DNA of 64,000 nucleotides from a plasmid: sequence record NZ_CP069398.1; one strand, 5' to 3'. Shown piece by piece: positions 20,014 to 31,049 of this stretch (position 1 is its first letter; each line of letters starts with the position of its first letter). The notes under the pieces were generated by a model. It saw only the letters and a program-made list of their open reading frames with translations, ran no database searches and was not told where the DNA came from. The position numbers and the translations under genes were made by a program.

Positions 20014-21816
20014 TTAATATATTCCTTTATCCCTCAGAATAGATAATGTTATTTCTGCTGCCTTACTTCCGTTGCTGTTATCTTCATTTTGTATATTAGT
20101 TGCAAAGAAATAAGTGTCCTCTTTGGTCTCTACATATCCGATAAACCAACCATTCGTATCTTTATTGTTTACAGTACCTGTACCAGTTTTTCCAGATAAT
20201 AATGAACCATCTTTAGATTCTAATTTAATAGCATCTTTAACAGCTTGAATGTTTTTGTCTTGAAATCCATGCTGATTTGTATAAAAAGCTTTTAATAATT
20301 GTACTTGTTCTATAGGAGATATCTTTAGAGAAGACTCTAACCAATATTGACCTGGTCCACCAGACAGATTTTGATTTCCATAGCCTATACTTTTCAAATA
20401 GAAATGTATATCGCTCTGATTCGTCCTTTTATCCAAACTTTGGAAGTACCAATTTACCGAATTCTTCATTGCTGAATCTAAATTCTGATCTGCATTCCAA
20501 GAGGTATAAGGATACCGAATTCCGTTCCATTTCATTGTAGAATTGTCAACCGTTATTATATTTTTTTCTAACCCAAATAAAGCACTATAAATCTTATAAG
20601 TAGAATCAGGCGAAACTCTTAGCGTACTGTTACTCTTATTATAGATACTATACTTATCGGCTTGCAAATCATATAACACAAAGCTTCCTTCATATTTTGA
20701 AAAATACCTACTCAAATCCTCATATACTGTCCGTTCACTTTTAAAATGGTAGCGATTATTATCATCAGCCATTACAGAAATGAGTGGAATTTGACTTGCA
20801 ACAAATACTCCCATAAGCGTAAAGATAGCTATACTCTTTATTTTCAAAAACTTTGATTCAATCGTAAAAGATGCAATCCTTTCAATTCGTCTTTTTATTT
20901 GCTCCTTAGAACCATTCAACTCACTGGCTAAAGCGAGATTCTTCGGTAGTGATACTCTGTCCACAAAATTAATGATCGCATTTCCATATTCTGTATAACA
21001 ACACTCATCTAAAGATTTTAAAACAGCACTATCACAAGCTATCTCACGATCCAATCTCATCTTCCTAAAAGCAATCCAAACAAGAGGATTGAACCAGTAT
21101 AAAATTTGATAAATGACGATTAGGTAATTTGTTGCCATATCTTTATGTTTATAGTGGTTCAATTCATGTAAAAAAATGTATTCAATGTCTTTCATAGACA
21201 GCCATTCGTCAAAATGAACTGGCAACACTACATATGTTTTAAAAAGACCGAACATCATAGGGGATTTGACAAGAGGCGATTCCCCCACCATCAATTTTTT
21301 CGATATACCTAAACGGTTCTTGCACTGTTCAAATAAAATTAGAACTTCTTTCGTTTTCAATACAGATGTAGTGTCTTTGATTTTCTTTATCTTTAACCAA
21401 GCATTTATGAATAGAACAGACAAAACTAACACCCCTACAATCCATATACCTGCTAAAATTATATTCAGGGATTCTAAACTGGGGTGGTTTACAGATATCG
21501 TAAAGTCTTGCATCCAATTTCCATTTTTTAAATTATGATCACTGACAGAGATATTAGAAGAGCTTGTTTTATTGCTCTGATTAATATCCAATAAAGTAAA
21601 GTAATTTCCAAAATTAAATAAATGATTCGGTATAAAAGGAAAAGTTAATGCAGCCAGCACCAAAAACCATAGATTATATTGCCATTTCGCTGATAGTTGT
21701 TTTTGGAACACTTTTTTAATGACCATAATAACTGCGATGGTAGAAGAAGAAACTATGAAACTTATTACAAAATGAGTAAAGAACATATTATTCGTCTCCG
21801 TTTCTAAATCTTTCAC
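20014..21816 (-). CDS. blaR1: BlaR1/MecR1 beta-lactam sensor-transducer (M56 zinc protease plus class D-like penicillin-binding sensor domain)
   Basis: 600 aa. 4 TM, HELNH zinc motif, C-terminal sensor with STYK (SxxK) and KTGTG. Alternative start at MFFTHF. Confidence 0.85.
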   Translation of the reverse strand: MKDLETETNNMFFTHFVISFIVSSSTIAVIMVIKKVFQKQLSAKWQYNLWFLVLAALTFPFIPNHLFNFGNYFTLLDINQSNKTSSSNISVSDHNLKNGNWMQDFTISVNHPSLESLNIILAGIWIVGVLVLSVLFINAWLKIKKIKDTTSVLKTKEVLILFEQCKNRLGISKKLMVGESPLVKSPMMFGLFKTYVVLPVHFDEWLSMKDIEYIFLHELNHYKHKDMATNYLIVIYQILYWFNPLVWIAFRKMRLDREIACDSAVLKSLDECCYTEYGNAIINFVDRVSLPKNLALASELNGSKEQIKRRIERIASFTIESKFLKIKSIAIFTLMGVFVASQIPLISVMADDNNRYHFKSERTVYEDLSRYFSKYEGSFVLYDLQADKYSIYNKSNSTLRVSPDSTYKIYSALFGLEKNIITVDNSTMKWNGIRYPYTSWNADQNLDSAMKNSVNWYFQSLDKRTNQSDIHFYLKSIGYGNQNLSGGPGQYWLESSLKISPIEQVQLLKAFYTNQHGFQDKNIQAVKDAIKLESKDGSLLSGKTGTGTVNNKDTNGWFIGYVETKEDTYFFATNIQNEDNSNGSKAAEITLSILRDKGIY

Positions 21817-21911
21817 TGTAATAGTTTACATTATTTTGTAGTTGTTTTCCGAAAAATTATAATCTTATATTCTGTTTCTAAGATTTATTGTTGATAATTT
21901 TCTATTTAAAG

Positions 21912-21964
21912 GATAAGGTGAAATGCTAAAGTTTAACACATAAATTTTAGCATTTCACCTTATC
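21912..21964. repeat. 19-bp-stem hairpin in the blaR1 upstream region
   Basis: gataaggtgaaatgctaaa (15-nt loop) tttagcatttcaccttatc. Confidence 0.5.
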
Positions 21965-22688
21965 AGTTTACCAATCTACCAATCTTTTGTGAACAAGTAA
22001 ATAGGAATTGACTGGAATCAAGAATTCTAGTGTGAAAATATTTGCTTATATATAAATTGATTTTTAATCATTCTCCTCTTTATCGCTTACTAAGTCATTA
22101 ATGAAGAGAATAAGGAGTGTTGATCTTATTCAAATAAATAAAGATCAAACAACCATTTTTTATTATGTGTCCGTACATGAATTTTATAGTAAAAACCCAC
22201 TTGTCTTGCAAGCACTGGGTGGCTTTTTATTTTGTTAAAGATAATAATCGCTTTAACATCTTGTAATAAATTTAAATATTTCGTCCGTAAAAGTATACGT
22301 TTACGGACTTTTGTTTTTCATAAGAAATCTATTGTTTTTATCGTTCGTTTAAGTTTAAAATTAATTACGAACGTTCTTTGGTAAAGCAAGAGGAAGAGAA
22401 ACACAAAATGAGGGTATAAATAGAAAAAAGAAGATTTGGATATATACGTATGAGCAGTCGAGATCAAAATGAAAGTCGTCAAATTTAATCAATGCAAGAA
22501 GGGAATGTAAAAAAGACAACATTTTATATTTTCTACAACTAAACAATCTAAGACTCGAAATCAAGGGTTGAAAAATGTATGCAGAACATTCTCAGTGGAA
22601 AAGGGTTAAATGATTAAAGTTATTTAAAACATAGCCAATTTAAGAAGCCACTTGTATAAAACAAGTGGCTTTTTTCTACTTAATTCTT

Positions 22689-25223
22689 TCAAATCTTATG
22701 TTTAATGACTTCATTGAATTCTTCTACTTCTTTTCGAATACTAATGGTTGGTCCCCAAGAATCTATAAGGTTGATAGCTTTTTGGTTAGATCGTAAAGCC
22801 TCTATATGCTCTCCTTTTCGTAATAGCAATTGGGCCATCCCATAGTGGTAGTATATTAGTTCAATTTGGTTAGCTTTATCTTTATGATAAAGAAGGCTAT
22901 TAAAGCATTTTTCTGCTTCCCCAAGCTTATCACAAGTAACATAAGCTACCCCTAAATTGAAGTAAGCTTCAATGGTCTTTTCTCCTCCGTATATTAAACT
23001 GATTTCATTAGCTTCTTCATATAATCGGATTGCTGCTCCATAATTTTTATAAACCATACATAAATCACCGCGCACTAATGAAATTCTATGTTGAATAACT
23101 GGCGTAGTGGAGATCTCCCTAACTTCTTCAAGAATACATTCTGCTTTGTTAGGGTTATTTTTCTTCAATAAGAGCCTTGCTTTTAAAGCAAGTCCCCAAG
23201 CTTTCAAATCGTAAACATCAGAACTGTCTGAGCTTAACTGATCTAGTGTCTTTAGACCGGAATCTATTTGTAGTAGGGAATCATCTAGGTTATTGACTTC
23301 CACCAGTGCCCACCCCAATGTGTCGATTCGAAAGAATGCTTCATGGGTATGTTTTCTGAGTTGTTTTGCATAATCCGCAGCTATTTTCCCATATTTAATC
23401 CTTAAAGGTAAATTAATTCGACTTAGAAAATGGCTTATACGAATTACAAGTTCAATTAAAAGCTCTTTTTGATCGGATTCGTTTGCCCATTTTATAACTT
23501 TGAGTATATTTGGCCATTCTTTCTTAATTTCCTCTAGATCACGACCAAGCAAATAACTCCAATAAATAGAATCTGGTAGATCCCGTTTTAAATAGTTATC
23601 TAAATAATGGATATAGTATTGACTCCAACGCTTACGTGCTACATTTTCAAATTGTTTATCTTCTAACAATCGTTGTTCGCCATACGTTACTACGGTTTGA
23701 TGCCCTAGATAATGAATTTTCCCTTCTATACGTTCTCCTTGGATAAGTGCAAATAGTTTCATTTGATCAACAGCATAATGGAATCTTCGATCGTCTAGTC
23801 CAGCCACTGTTGCCCAACTCTCCTTATCAGGAGGTTTACTGAAAAAACATAACACTTTCCATAGATGTAAAGTGTCCTCATTACATCGCTCCCACGTGCG
23901 CCCAAAAAGAAAATCAAATAATTCCAACAGTGAGTAATCTGCTTTGCCTAGTTCCTGAATAAGTTGCTGAGCAGGAATGTCATCATCTGCAATGTAAGCT
24001 ATACTAAGCGCAATAGCTTTAGGATTTCCAGCAGTAGCCGAAATTAGCTCTTCGCGAATTTCACGAGGGCTATTTAATAACTGTTCCATTTGTTCTTGTT
24101 TAGTTGAAGAATTAGACATTTTCATATGTTGTTGCACTTCATAAGAAAGATAGTTAAGAGCATCATCTTTTTCCAGGCCCTTTAGCTGAATGGTTACCAT
24201 ATCCCTGAAGTTATTTCTATATTTTTGTTGTAGATTTTCACGAGATGTGAGTAATACTTTAACGCCTTGAGGAAGGTTAGTAATAAATTTGTAAATCTCA
24301 TTTTCAGCTGTATCAATGCTATCTATAACAAGTAATACAGACTCTTCTTTTGCATAATTAGCCAATGCATTACGAACCACAAAACGTTTCTCATCAATTG
24401 ATCGGTTTATTTGCTCTATTCGTCCAAGTTGGTAAGCAATTGTATTTAGAAAGTCACTAAAGGTTAGTCCTTTCCAATCAGCACTAAACCATATTATAGA
24501 GTTGAGATTTGGCCAATCCATTTCAAGGCTTTCTGCTTCCTTATGATGCTCCTGAACACATGCATATGCTACCTCAAGAGCAATAGTTGTTTTTCCAATA
24601 CCAGCCCATCCAGAAATTAAACATAATGGAGAAGGAGAAATTACCCACTGACGAATTGCCTCTAAGTCAAAGTGTCTTCCAATAAAAACTCCTGACCAGC
24701 GTGTTGGTAGGTTATGTATTGTAGAATGTTCCTTTGGAGTAGCATCCTCAGTCTGAAGTTTACTATGAAATATTTTTTTAACTACTTCCTCAATATCTTT
24801 ATCAAGAGGTGTACCAAATGAGTTGTCTGCCCCTAATATTTTTGCCTTTTCTAGACACGAAGAAACCCAAGCAGGTAAAGCAGGTTTAAGAGTGGGTATA
24901 GAAGTTGTTTCCATCAGTTTTGAGAACCAACTTATATCTAAAATATCTAAATTCGTTTTTTTTAGTATTATCCATATGATGCCGAAGAGCTTTCCATCGT
25001 CAATACGACCAGGAATATATTTTACTCCCATCTGACCTATCCAACTTTTAATTGTATTAGAAGATACACCTAATTCATTTGCGATATTAGCTATATAAGA
25101 TTGTCCTAGTGAGCTATCTTCGCCCTTTTTTCTTTTAATCTTATAATCAGGGTGAAGTTTTAGTTCTTTAACACCCAAAGATAACAGTTCCGCAAACTTC
25201 TTCTGATCTTCAATTTCAGCCAT
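22689..25223 (-). CDS. gutR: GutR-like STAND transcriptional activator (N-terminal HTH, NB-ARC/AAA NTPase, C-terminal TPR)
   Basis: 844 aa. HTH at the N-terminus. Walker A GWAGIGKTT. TPR-like repeats at the C-terminus. Divergent from a sorbitol dehydrogenase / GPH transporter / fructokinase operon, as in the B. subtilis gut locus. Confidence 0.65.
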   Translation of the reverse strand: MAEIEDQKKFAELLSLGVKELKLHPDYKIKRKKGEDSSLGQSYIANIANELGVSSNTIKSWIGQMGVKYIPGRIDDGKLFGIIWIILKKTNLDILDISWFSKLMETTSIPTLKPALPAWVSSCLEKAKILGADNSFGTPLDKDIEEVVKKIFHSKLQTEDATPKEHSTIHNLPTRWSGVFIGRHFDLEAIRQWVISPSPLCLISGWAGIGKTTIALEVAYACVQEHHKEAESLEMDWPNLNSIIWFSADWKGLTFSDFLNTIAYQLGRIEQINRSIDEKRFVVRNALANYAKEESVLLVIDSIDTAENEIYKFITNLPQGVKVLLTSRENLQQKYRNNFRDMVTIQLKGLEKDDALNYLSYEVQQHMKMSNSSTKQEQMEQLLNSPREIREELISATAGNPKAIALSIAYIADDDIPAQQLIQELGKADYSLLELFDFLFGRTWERCNEDTLHLWKVLCFFSKPPDKESWATVAGLDDRRFHYAVDQMKLFALIQGERIEGKIHYLGHQTVVTYGEQRLLEDKQFENVARKRWSQYYIHYLDNYLKRDLPDSIYWSYLLGRDLEEIKKEWPNILKVIKWANESDQKELLIELVIRISHFLSRINLPLRIKYGKIAADYAKQLRKHTHEAFFRIDTLGWALVEVNNLDDSLLQIDSGLKTLDQLSSDSSDVYDLKAWGLALKARLLLKKNNPNKAECILEEVREISTTPVIQHRISLVRGDLCMVYKNYGAAIRLYEEANEISLIYGGEKTIEAYFNLGVAYVTCDKLGEAEKCFNSLLYHKDKANQIELIYYHYGMAQLLLRKGEHIEALRSNQKAINLIDSWGPTISIRKEVEEFNEVIKHKI

Positions 25224-25524
25224 AAGAATTTTACACCTCCTATTAGCTTTATTTTAACGCTATATCTTTTTTTATTGTATATAAAAAAGAAAAGTACAGT
25301 GCTACTGTACTTTTATACAGTACAAAAAGCTATTGGTAACGTAACGTTAACAGGTAAAATTAGCTCATGTAATAAAAAAAACTAAAATGTATGCACTTAC
25401 ATGACGACAGAAATATGTTTAAGTTACAGTTAAGTACATTAGAGATTTATGAGTTAAAAATAAATTCATATTAATTTTTACGTTGTGAGTTTATATAGAA
25501 ATTCTATTAAAGAAAGGAAAATTA

Positions 25525-26589
25525 TTGATGAATAACAACTTACCTAAAACCATGAAAGCAGCTGTCATGCACGGCACAAGAGAAATTAGTATTGAAACAT
25601 TGCCTGTACCACAAATTGATGATAATGAAGTTTTGATTAAAGTAATGGCTGTAGGAATTTGTGGCTCAGACTTACATTATTATACCCATGGTAGAATCGG
25701 TAAATACAAAGTAGAGAAACCATTTATCCTTGGACATGAGTGCTCAGGTGAGGTTGTAGCTATCGGATCATCTGTTGAAAGATTTAAAGTAGGGGACCGC
25801 GTAGCCGTTGAACCAGGAGTAACCTGCGGACATTGTGAAGCATGCAAAGAGGGACGATATAATCTTTGTCCAGATGTTCAATTCTTGGCAACACCACCGG
25901 TTGATGGTGCCTTTGTTCAATATATAAAAATGCGTCAGGATTTTATCTTTTCAATCCCAGATACCCTTTCCTACGAAGATGCTGCCTTAATAGAGCCTTT
26001 TTCAGTTGGCATTCATGCAGCGACGAGAACAAAACTTCAGCCTGGGTCAACAATTGCTATTATGGGAATGGGACCGGTAGGTCTAATGGCTGTAGCAGCA
26101 GCAAAAGCATTTGGAGCAAGTACAATAATAGCAACAGACTTAGAACCATTGCGTCTTGAGGCAGCAAAACGAATGGGGGCAACTCACGTTATTAATATTA
26201 GAGAGAAAGATCCTCTTAATGAAATTAAAAATATTACTAAAAACGTAGGCGTTGACGTTGCATGGGAGACAGCAGGGAATCCAAAAGCATTACAATCTTC
26301 ACTAGCTTCAATTCGTCGTGGTGGGAAATTAGCAATCGTAGGTTTACCTTCTCAAAGCGAAATTCCACTCGATGTACCATTTATTGCTGATAATGAGATT
26401 GATATATATGGCATTTTCCGTTATGCCAACACTTATCCTAAAGGAATTAAATTTCTTGCTTCTGGTGTAATTGATACTAAGAACCTTGTAACAGATAGAT
26501 ATCTATTAGCTAACACACGTGAAGCGATGGAGAGAGCACTAAATTTTAAAAACGAATGTTTAAAAATTATAGTGTATCCAAACCAATAA
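25525..26589 (+). CDS. gutB: Sorbitol (L-iditol) 2-dehydrogenase, zinc-dependent MDR family
   Basis: 354 aa. GHE(C)SG catalytic zinc motif, structural-zinc Cys cluster CGHCEACKEGRYNLC, Rossmann GMGPVG. Confidence 0.8.
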   Translation: MMNNNLPKTMKAAVMHGTREISIETLPVPQIDDNEVLIKVMAVGICGSDLHYYTHGRIGKYKVEKPFILGHECSGEVVAIGSSVERFKVGDRVAVEPGVTCGHCEACKEGRYNLCPDVQFLATPPVDGAFVQYIKMRQDFIFSIPDTLSYEDAALIEPFSVGIHAATRTKLQPGSTIAIMGMGPVGLMAVAAAKAFGASTIIATDLEPLRLEAAKRMGATHVINIREKDPLNEIKNITKNVGVDVAWETAGNPKALQSSLASIRRGGKLAIVGLPSQSEIPLDVPFIADNEIDIYGIFRYANTYPKGIKFLASGVIDTKNLVTDRYLLANTREAMERALNFKNECLKIIVYPNQ

Positions 26590-26779
26590 AAAACATTATA
26601 CTTGAAAGCTAAGTTCTAGTTGGTATTTACAACAAAATTCTTGAACTTCTAATTTTCAGATGCGGATTTAAAAATAGAACAATTGCAACTAAACCGCATC
26701 TGTTTTTTCTTTAAGATTAATGTTGATAATACGGACATTCTACTATTTTTCTTAGCATATTTTTGAAAACGCATTCTGG

Positions 26780-28419
26780 GGGTATTACCTCATACCCATC
26801 AAGCTAACGACAGAAACGATTAAAAATGTAATGATCCTTGTCCTAACATCGGTGAGTATCAGAAAAATCGGCATGACAAAGAAGCCTATGAAACTATCAT
26901 TTTTTCGTTAGGCAACTTGTTGTTGTTTTACTGCTGTCTCATACACAATACCAAGAATGTCAAAAACGGTTTTTTTCTGATACCGATGACACTTACGCCC
27001 ATTCTTTTTCAACAGGTGATACAGTCGTTGGAGAATCGTTACGAGTTCAGTCAGATCACCTGCCATTGCTGGAAATAGTAACGGAAAATAGTCCTTAATC
27101 ATATAAATTGATTTGTATTCACTCAGCTCTTGTTTTCTCTTTTTCAACAGGAGCTGCCGCATTTGAAACATGGTGGAAGAACAGAGAAGAATCCCGATGA
27201 GTTGCCCATATAAATGGCACTCTAGCCGTTCCTTTTTGATGGTTTTACATTCATCTATTTCGAAGAAGGACTTCCATGTTTTAAATAAAATTTCAATCTG
27301 CCAACGTAACGAATACAATGAATGCACATCGTTTGTCGGTACTTCTTTTGGTGGTGTGTTCGTAATATAAACGTTCATTCCCATCAGCTGTTTACTTTTA
27401 TCCTTCATGACAATGCCTTTCTTTTTCTCACGTACAGCTTGGTTGTTTAAACGGGTTTTAGTTTGTTCGTTCGTTAGTCGGTGAATGATGACACGTGTCG
27501 GTAATTTTTGAATTTGACCAACATAAGCTTCTGAAAGTTCAATGGTCTCACCCGGTTCCAGTTCGTTCAAGATGTGTGCCATATTAAGTTGAATATATTC
27601 GCTCTGCTTTTTCAGTGTGCCGTTTTTGAAGTATTCTGGTTCAGGGTTTTTTACATAAATACGGGTATTTAGCTTTAATCGAGAGAGATAAAAGGCGCCT
27701 AATTCATGAATCGTTTGTAAATCTCGTAAATCAAAATAACCTAAATCACGTAAACAGAAATCGCCTGCTTTCACACTTTCAAGACAAGTTGTGCCATACG
27801 TTTTATCATTATCTTTTCCCGGTCCTAGCTGTACGTGTAAAAATTGCCCACTCAATAAGTCATATTCAAGCTGAATCTTTACACCTGCCGTATTACTGCT
27901 TCCTCCAGACCCTTGATAATCACTTACGAAGGCATCGGGTAGCTGAAACACTGTGGCATCTAAAATCCGAATACGGTTAAAAATCAAGAAGAGCGTTGAC
28001 GATAGCGATTGTGTTGCACAAAGTTTCTGTGTGAGAAGTAAAGCAAACACCTCACGAAGAAACTGGACGGCTGCTGGATTAAACCGTTGATTCAATCCTT
28101 CCTGACTCATCAGGACACCTGTTGAAGCTTCTAGTCGACTACACAGTTGTGCAAGCGATGTGCGAGCGACTTCCTGGCTAAGCCACACGCAAAGAGCCAT
28201 CAGTTCATTTGCTTGATACTTACTCGATCGTTTCACAAATCCCACTTTCTTAGCGATTTCTTGTAAGGCAATGGGAGACAAAGAGCGTTGTAATTCTTGT
28301 GCAAATAGGTGTAATTCTTCGGAAAACTGAACATCCATAAAAAAACGCCATCCTTTTCGAGTAGTTTACTAAAAAGAATAACGTTTTTTTCGTTTTGGGG
28401 AAAATCCATTGCGTTAGCT
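26780..28419 (-). mobile_element. IS231-like (IS4 family) insertion sequence with 19-bp perfect IRs and an 11-bp target site duplication
   Basis: IR catacccatcaagctaacg at 26780-26798 is the reverse complement of 28401-28419. Direct repeat gggtattacct at 26769-26779 and 28420-28430. Inserted between gutB and gutP. Confidence 0.85.
26908..28338 (-). CDS. IS4-family (IS231-like) transposase
   Basis: 476 aa DDE transposase. Identical in amino-acid sequence to the copy at 57004-58434. Confidence 0.85.
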   Translation of the reverse strand: MDVQFSEELHLFAQELQRSLSPIALQEIAKKVGFVKRSSKYQANELMALCVWLSQEVARTSLAQLCSRLEASTGVLMSQEGLNQRFNPAAVQFLREVFALLLTQKLCATQSLSSTLFLIFNRIRILDATVFQLPDAFVSDYQGSGGSSNTAGVKIQLEYDLLSGQFLHVQLGPGKDNDKTYGTTCLESVKAGDFCLRDLGYFDLRDLQTIHELGAFYLSRLKLNTRIYVKNPEPEYFKNGTLKKQSEYIQLNMAHILNELEPGETIELSEAYVGQIQKLPTRVIIHRLTNEQTKTRLNNQAVREKKKGIVMKDKSKQLMGMNVYITNTPPKEVPTNDVHSLYSLRWQIEILFKTWKSFFEIDECKTIKKERLECHLYGQLIGILLCSSTMFQMRQLLLKKRKQELSEYKSIYMIKDYFPLLFPAMAGDLTELVTILQRLYHLLKKNGRKCHRYQKKTVFDILGIVYETAVKQQQVA

Positions 28420-28441
28420 TGATGGGTATGGGGTATTACCT

Positions 28442-29836
28442 ATGTTAAACGCAGAACAATCACAAATATTAGAGACTGAAAATAAAGATAACTCTAATTC
28501 TATTACTAGGTTATCCTGGTTAGAACGGTTTGGATATGGATCAGGAGACATGGCATATAATATTGTTTTTCAATTCGTTAATGCCTATCTACTTTTTTAT
28601 TATACTGATGTTGGAGGTATCCATCCTGCAGTTGTTGCGACATTATTTTTAGTAGTACGAGTTCTGGATGCTATTTGCGACCCTATAATGGGAGTTATTT
28701 TAGATAAAACTAATACACGTTGGGGAAAAGCAAGACCATATTTGTTATGGGTCTCACTTCCTTTTGCGTTATTCACTATCCTATGTTTTACCAACCCTCA
28801 CTTAGGGTCAACCGGAAATATTATATATATGTATATTACCTACATCTTACTAGGGATGACGTTTAGTATGCAAACGATTCCAGTTAATAGCTTAACAGGA
28901 CGAATTACTAACAATGTTCAGGAGCGTACAGTTTTAACAACTATTCGTATGATATTGGTTTATGTAGGAATACTTCTCTCCATTTCATGCGCAACCCCTC
29001 TTGTAACAGCTATTGGAGGAGAAAATCAAGAATTTGGATTTCAGATGACTGCGCTAGTCTATGCTGTTGTAAGTATAATTTTAAATTTATTTAGCTTCTT
29101 TACAGTACGAGAGCGTATTGCTCCTAAAAAGATTAAAAAGCATGGACTTAAAGTAACTTTATCTGTTTTGGTTAAAAACAAGCCACTACTAGTATTAGTT
29201 TCATCTTTCTTGGCATTTGCTATTGGTTTTAATATTAAACTTAGTACAATGGTTTACTATTTTACTTACAATGTTCATCAAAAGGAATTAGTATTTTGGG
29301 GCACTGTTTTATTTTTTGGAGCTGCACTAATTAGTAACTTATTTATTCCTTTATTCTCTGATAAATGGGGTAGAAAGAGTGTGATGATTGTATCAGCTAC
29401 CATATCTCTTATTTCATATATAGGACTCCAATTTACTTCTTTTAATTCAGTTTCTTTAATTTTATTTTGGCTGTTTGTTTCGGGATTCTTTACCACTCCG
29501 CTAAACACACTAGCTTGGGGGATGGTTGCCGATTGTGTAGATTATGCTGAATGGAAAACTGGAGTTCGAGCAGATGGCGTTGTTATTTCCTTAATGAGTT
29601 TTACTAATAAGTTAGGAGTTGCACTTGCTGGATCATTCTCAGCCATCTATTTGGGCATAGCAGGTTATGTAGCTAATGCGGAACAAACCGCAGCTTCGCT
29701 AAATGCTATTAAAAATATGAATGCCTTAGTGCCAGGAATTTTTATTTTACTTTCTGTATTAATAATATGCTTTTATCCTTTAACTGAAAAAACATACAAT
29801 AAAATAATTTTGGATTTAGAGAAAAAATCCAGGTGA
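28442..29836 (+). CDS. gutP: GPH-family sugar:cation symporter (glucitol permease GutP-like)
   Basis: 464 aa, 12 TM. GPH signature region near the N-terminus ([10 protein letters not shown] ... D..DPIMG). Confidence 0.7.
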   Translation: MLNAEQSQILETENKDNSNSITRLSWLERFGYGSGDMAYNIVFQFVNAYLLFYYTDVGGIHPAVVATLFLVVRVLDAICDPIMGVILDKTNTRWGKARPYLLWVSLPFALFTILCFTNPHLGSTGNIIYMYITYILLGMTFSMQTIPVNSLTGRITNNVQERTVLTTIRMILVYVGILLSISCATPLVTAIGGENQEFGFQMTALVYAVVSIILNLFSFFTVRERIAPKKIKKHGLKVTLSVLVKNKPLLVLVSSFLAFAIGFNIKLSTMVYYFTYNVHQKELVFWGTVLFFGAALISNLFIPLFSDKWGRKSVMIVSATISLISYIGLQFTSFNSVSLILFWLFVSGFFTTPLNTLAWGMVADCVDYAEWKTGVRADGVVISLMSFTNKLGVALAGSFSAIYLGIAGYVANAEQTAASLNAIKNMNALVPGIFILLSVLIICFYPLTEKTYNKIILDLEKKSR

Positions 29837-29879
29837 AAATTGATTCAATTTTAAAATTAAGTAAATGAGTGTGATATAA

Positions 29880-30860
29880 GTGCAAAATAGCATAAGTGAA
29901 AATGCTCCAGTTGTTTGTGTAGGAGAATTATTAATTGATTTCTTTTGTAGCAATATTAATTCCAATTTAATAGAGGGACGCCAATTTTTAAAAAGTGCCG
30001 GCGGAGCACCAGCAAATGTATGCGCGACCATAGCCAAACTAGGGGGTAATGCATCATTTAGTGGTAAAGTAGGTAAGGACCCATTCGGTTACTTTTTAGA
30101 AGAAACCTTAAATTCATTAAACGTAGATACTTCCATGCTTGCTTGGGATGAGAAAACAGCAACTACTCTAGCCTTTGTGTCACTACAAGAAAATGGTGAG
30201 CGAGACTTTGTGTTTCATAGAGGAGCTGACGCTTTAATGACAATGGATGACATTGACCTAAATGAAATAAATAAAGCTGAAATCCTTCATTTTGGTTCAG
30301 CCACGGCTATGTTAACTTCTCCATTCCGTGAAACTTATTTAAGCCTTATATCTAGTGCTAGAGAAAAAGAGAAATTTATTTCTTTTGATCCTAATTATCG
30401 AGGGGATTTATGGAAGGAAAGATTGATTGATTTCATCTCAATTGCTAAGAAGGCTATTTCTTTAAGTGATTTTGTGAAAGTAAGTGATGAGGAATTAGAG
30501 ATTATCACAGGCATTAAGAATCATGAATTAGGTGTTGATACCCTACATAAAATGGGAGCTAAAATTGTAGCAGTTACTCTTGGAAAAAGGGGAACATTGA
30601 TATCTAATAGCAGAAAAAAAGAACTAGTGAAGAGTATTCCTATTAAGTCGATTGACTCTACAGGAGCCGGGGATGCTTTTGTAGGTGCAACTTTATTCAA
30701 ATTAGCGAACACACAGAATATCAAATCCATTGAATATGATTTTGAGCAGTTACTCGACATTATTACATTTGCAAACCGGGTTGGAGCACTGGTATGTACA
30801 AAGATAGGAGCAATTGAAGCACTGCCAAATATTGAAGAAATAGAAATTACTAGCGTATAA
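29880..30860 (+). CDS. PfkB-family carbohydrate kinase (fructokinase)
   Basis: 326 aa. N-terminal GELLIDF and a C-terminal GAGDAF(V)GA ATP-binding motif. GTG start. Confidence 0.75.
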   Translation: MQNSISENAPVVCVGELLIDFFCSNINSNLIEGRQFLKSAGGAPANVCATIAKLGGNASFSGKVGKDPFGYFLEETLNSLNVDTSMLAWDEKTATTLAFVSLQENGERDFVFHRGADALMTMDDIDLNEINKAEILHFGSATAMLTSPFRETYLSLISSAREKEKFISFDPNYRGDLWKERLIDFISIAKKAISLSDFVKVSDEELEIITGIKNHELGVDTLHKMGAKIVAVTLGKRGTLISNSRKKELVKSIPIKSIDSTGAGDAFVGATLFKLANTQNIKSIEYDFEQLLDIITFANRVGALVCTKIGAIEALPNIEEIEITSV

Positions 30861-30902
30861 ACAGCCTAGCAGTATTAATACAATAACTAGATATCATTTT
30901 AT

Positions 30903-31049
30903 ATTGGCCCTATAGCAAAGGCATTTGGTGGAGCAGATATTGCCTGGCTAATTGGAATAATAGTTCCTGCAATTTTATATTATTTTCCAATGAAGCAAAA
31001 GTTAAATAAAGAAATTTATTTAACAGAGGAAAAAGAAACTACTTTGTAG
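30903..31049 (+). pseudogene. C-terminal remnant of a membrane permease gene (no start codon)
   Basis: Open frame IGPIAKAFGGADIAWLIGIIVPAILYYFPMKQKLNKEIYLTEEKETTL* without an upstream start. Resembles C-termini of NCS1-type permeases. Confidence 0.3.

Noticed and set aside
22361-22564. 67 aa ORF in the blaR1-gutR spacer
   Set aside because: AT-rich, no RBS, hydrophobic low-complexity translation. The spacer is better explained by hairpin repeats and promoters.
22689-25223. 844 aa STAND NTPase (NB-ARC + TPR) as a possible Avs-type antiphage sensor
   Set aside because: The N-terminus is an HTH DNA-binding domain and not an effector nuclease or protease. The gene is divergent from a sorbitol dehydrogenase / GPH transporter / fructokinase operon. 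This matches the GutR activator architecture and context.
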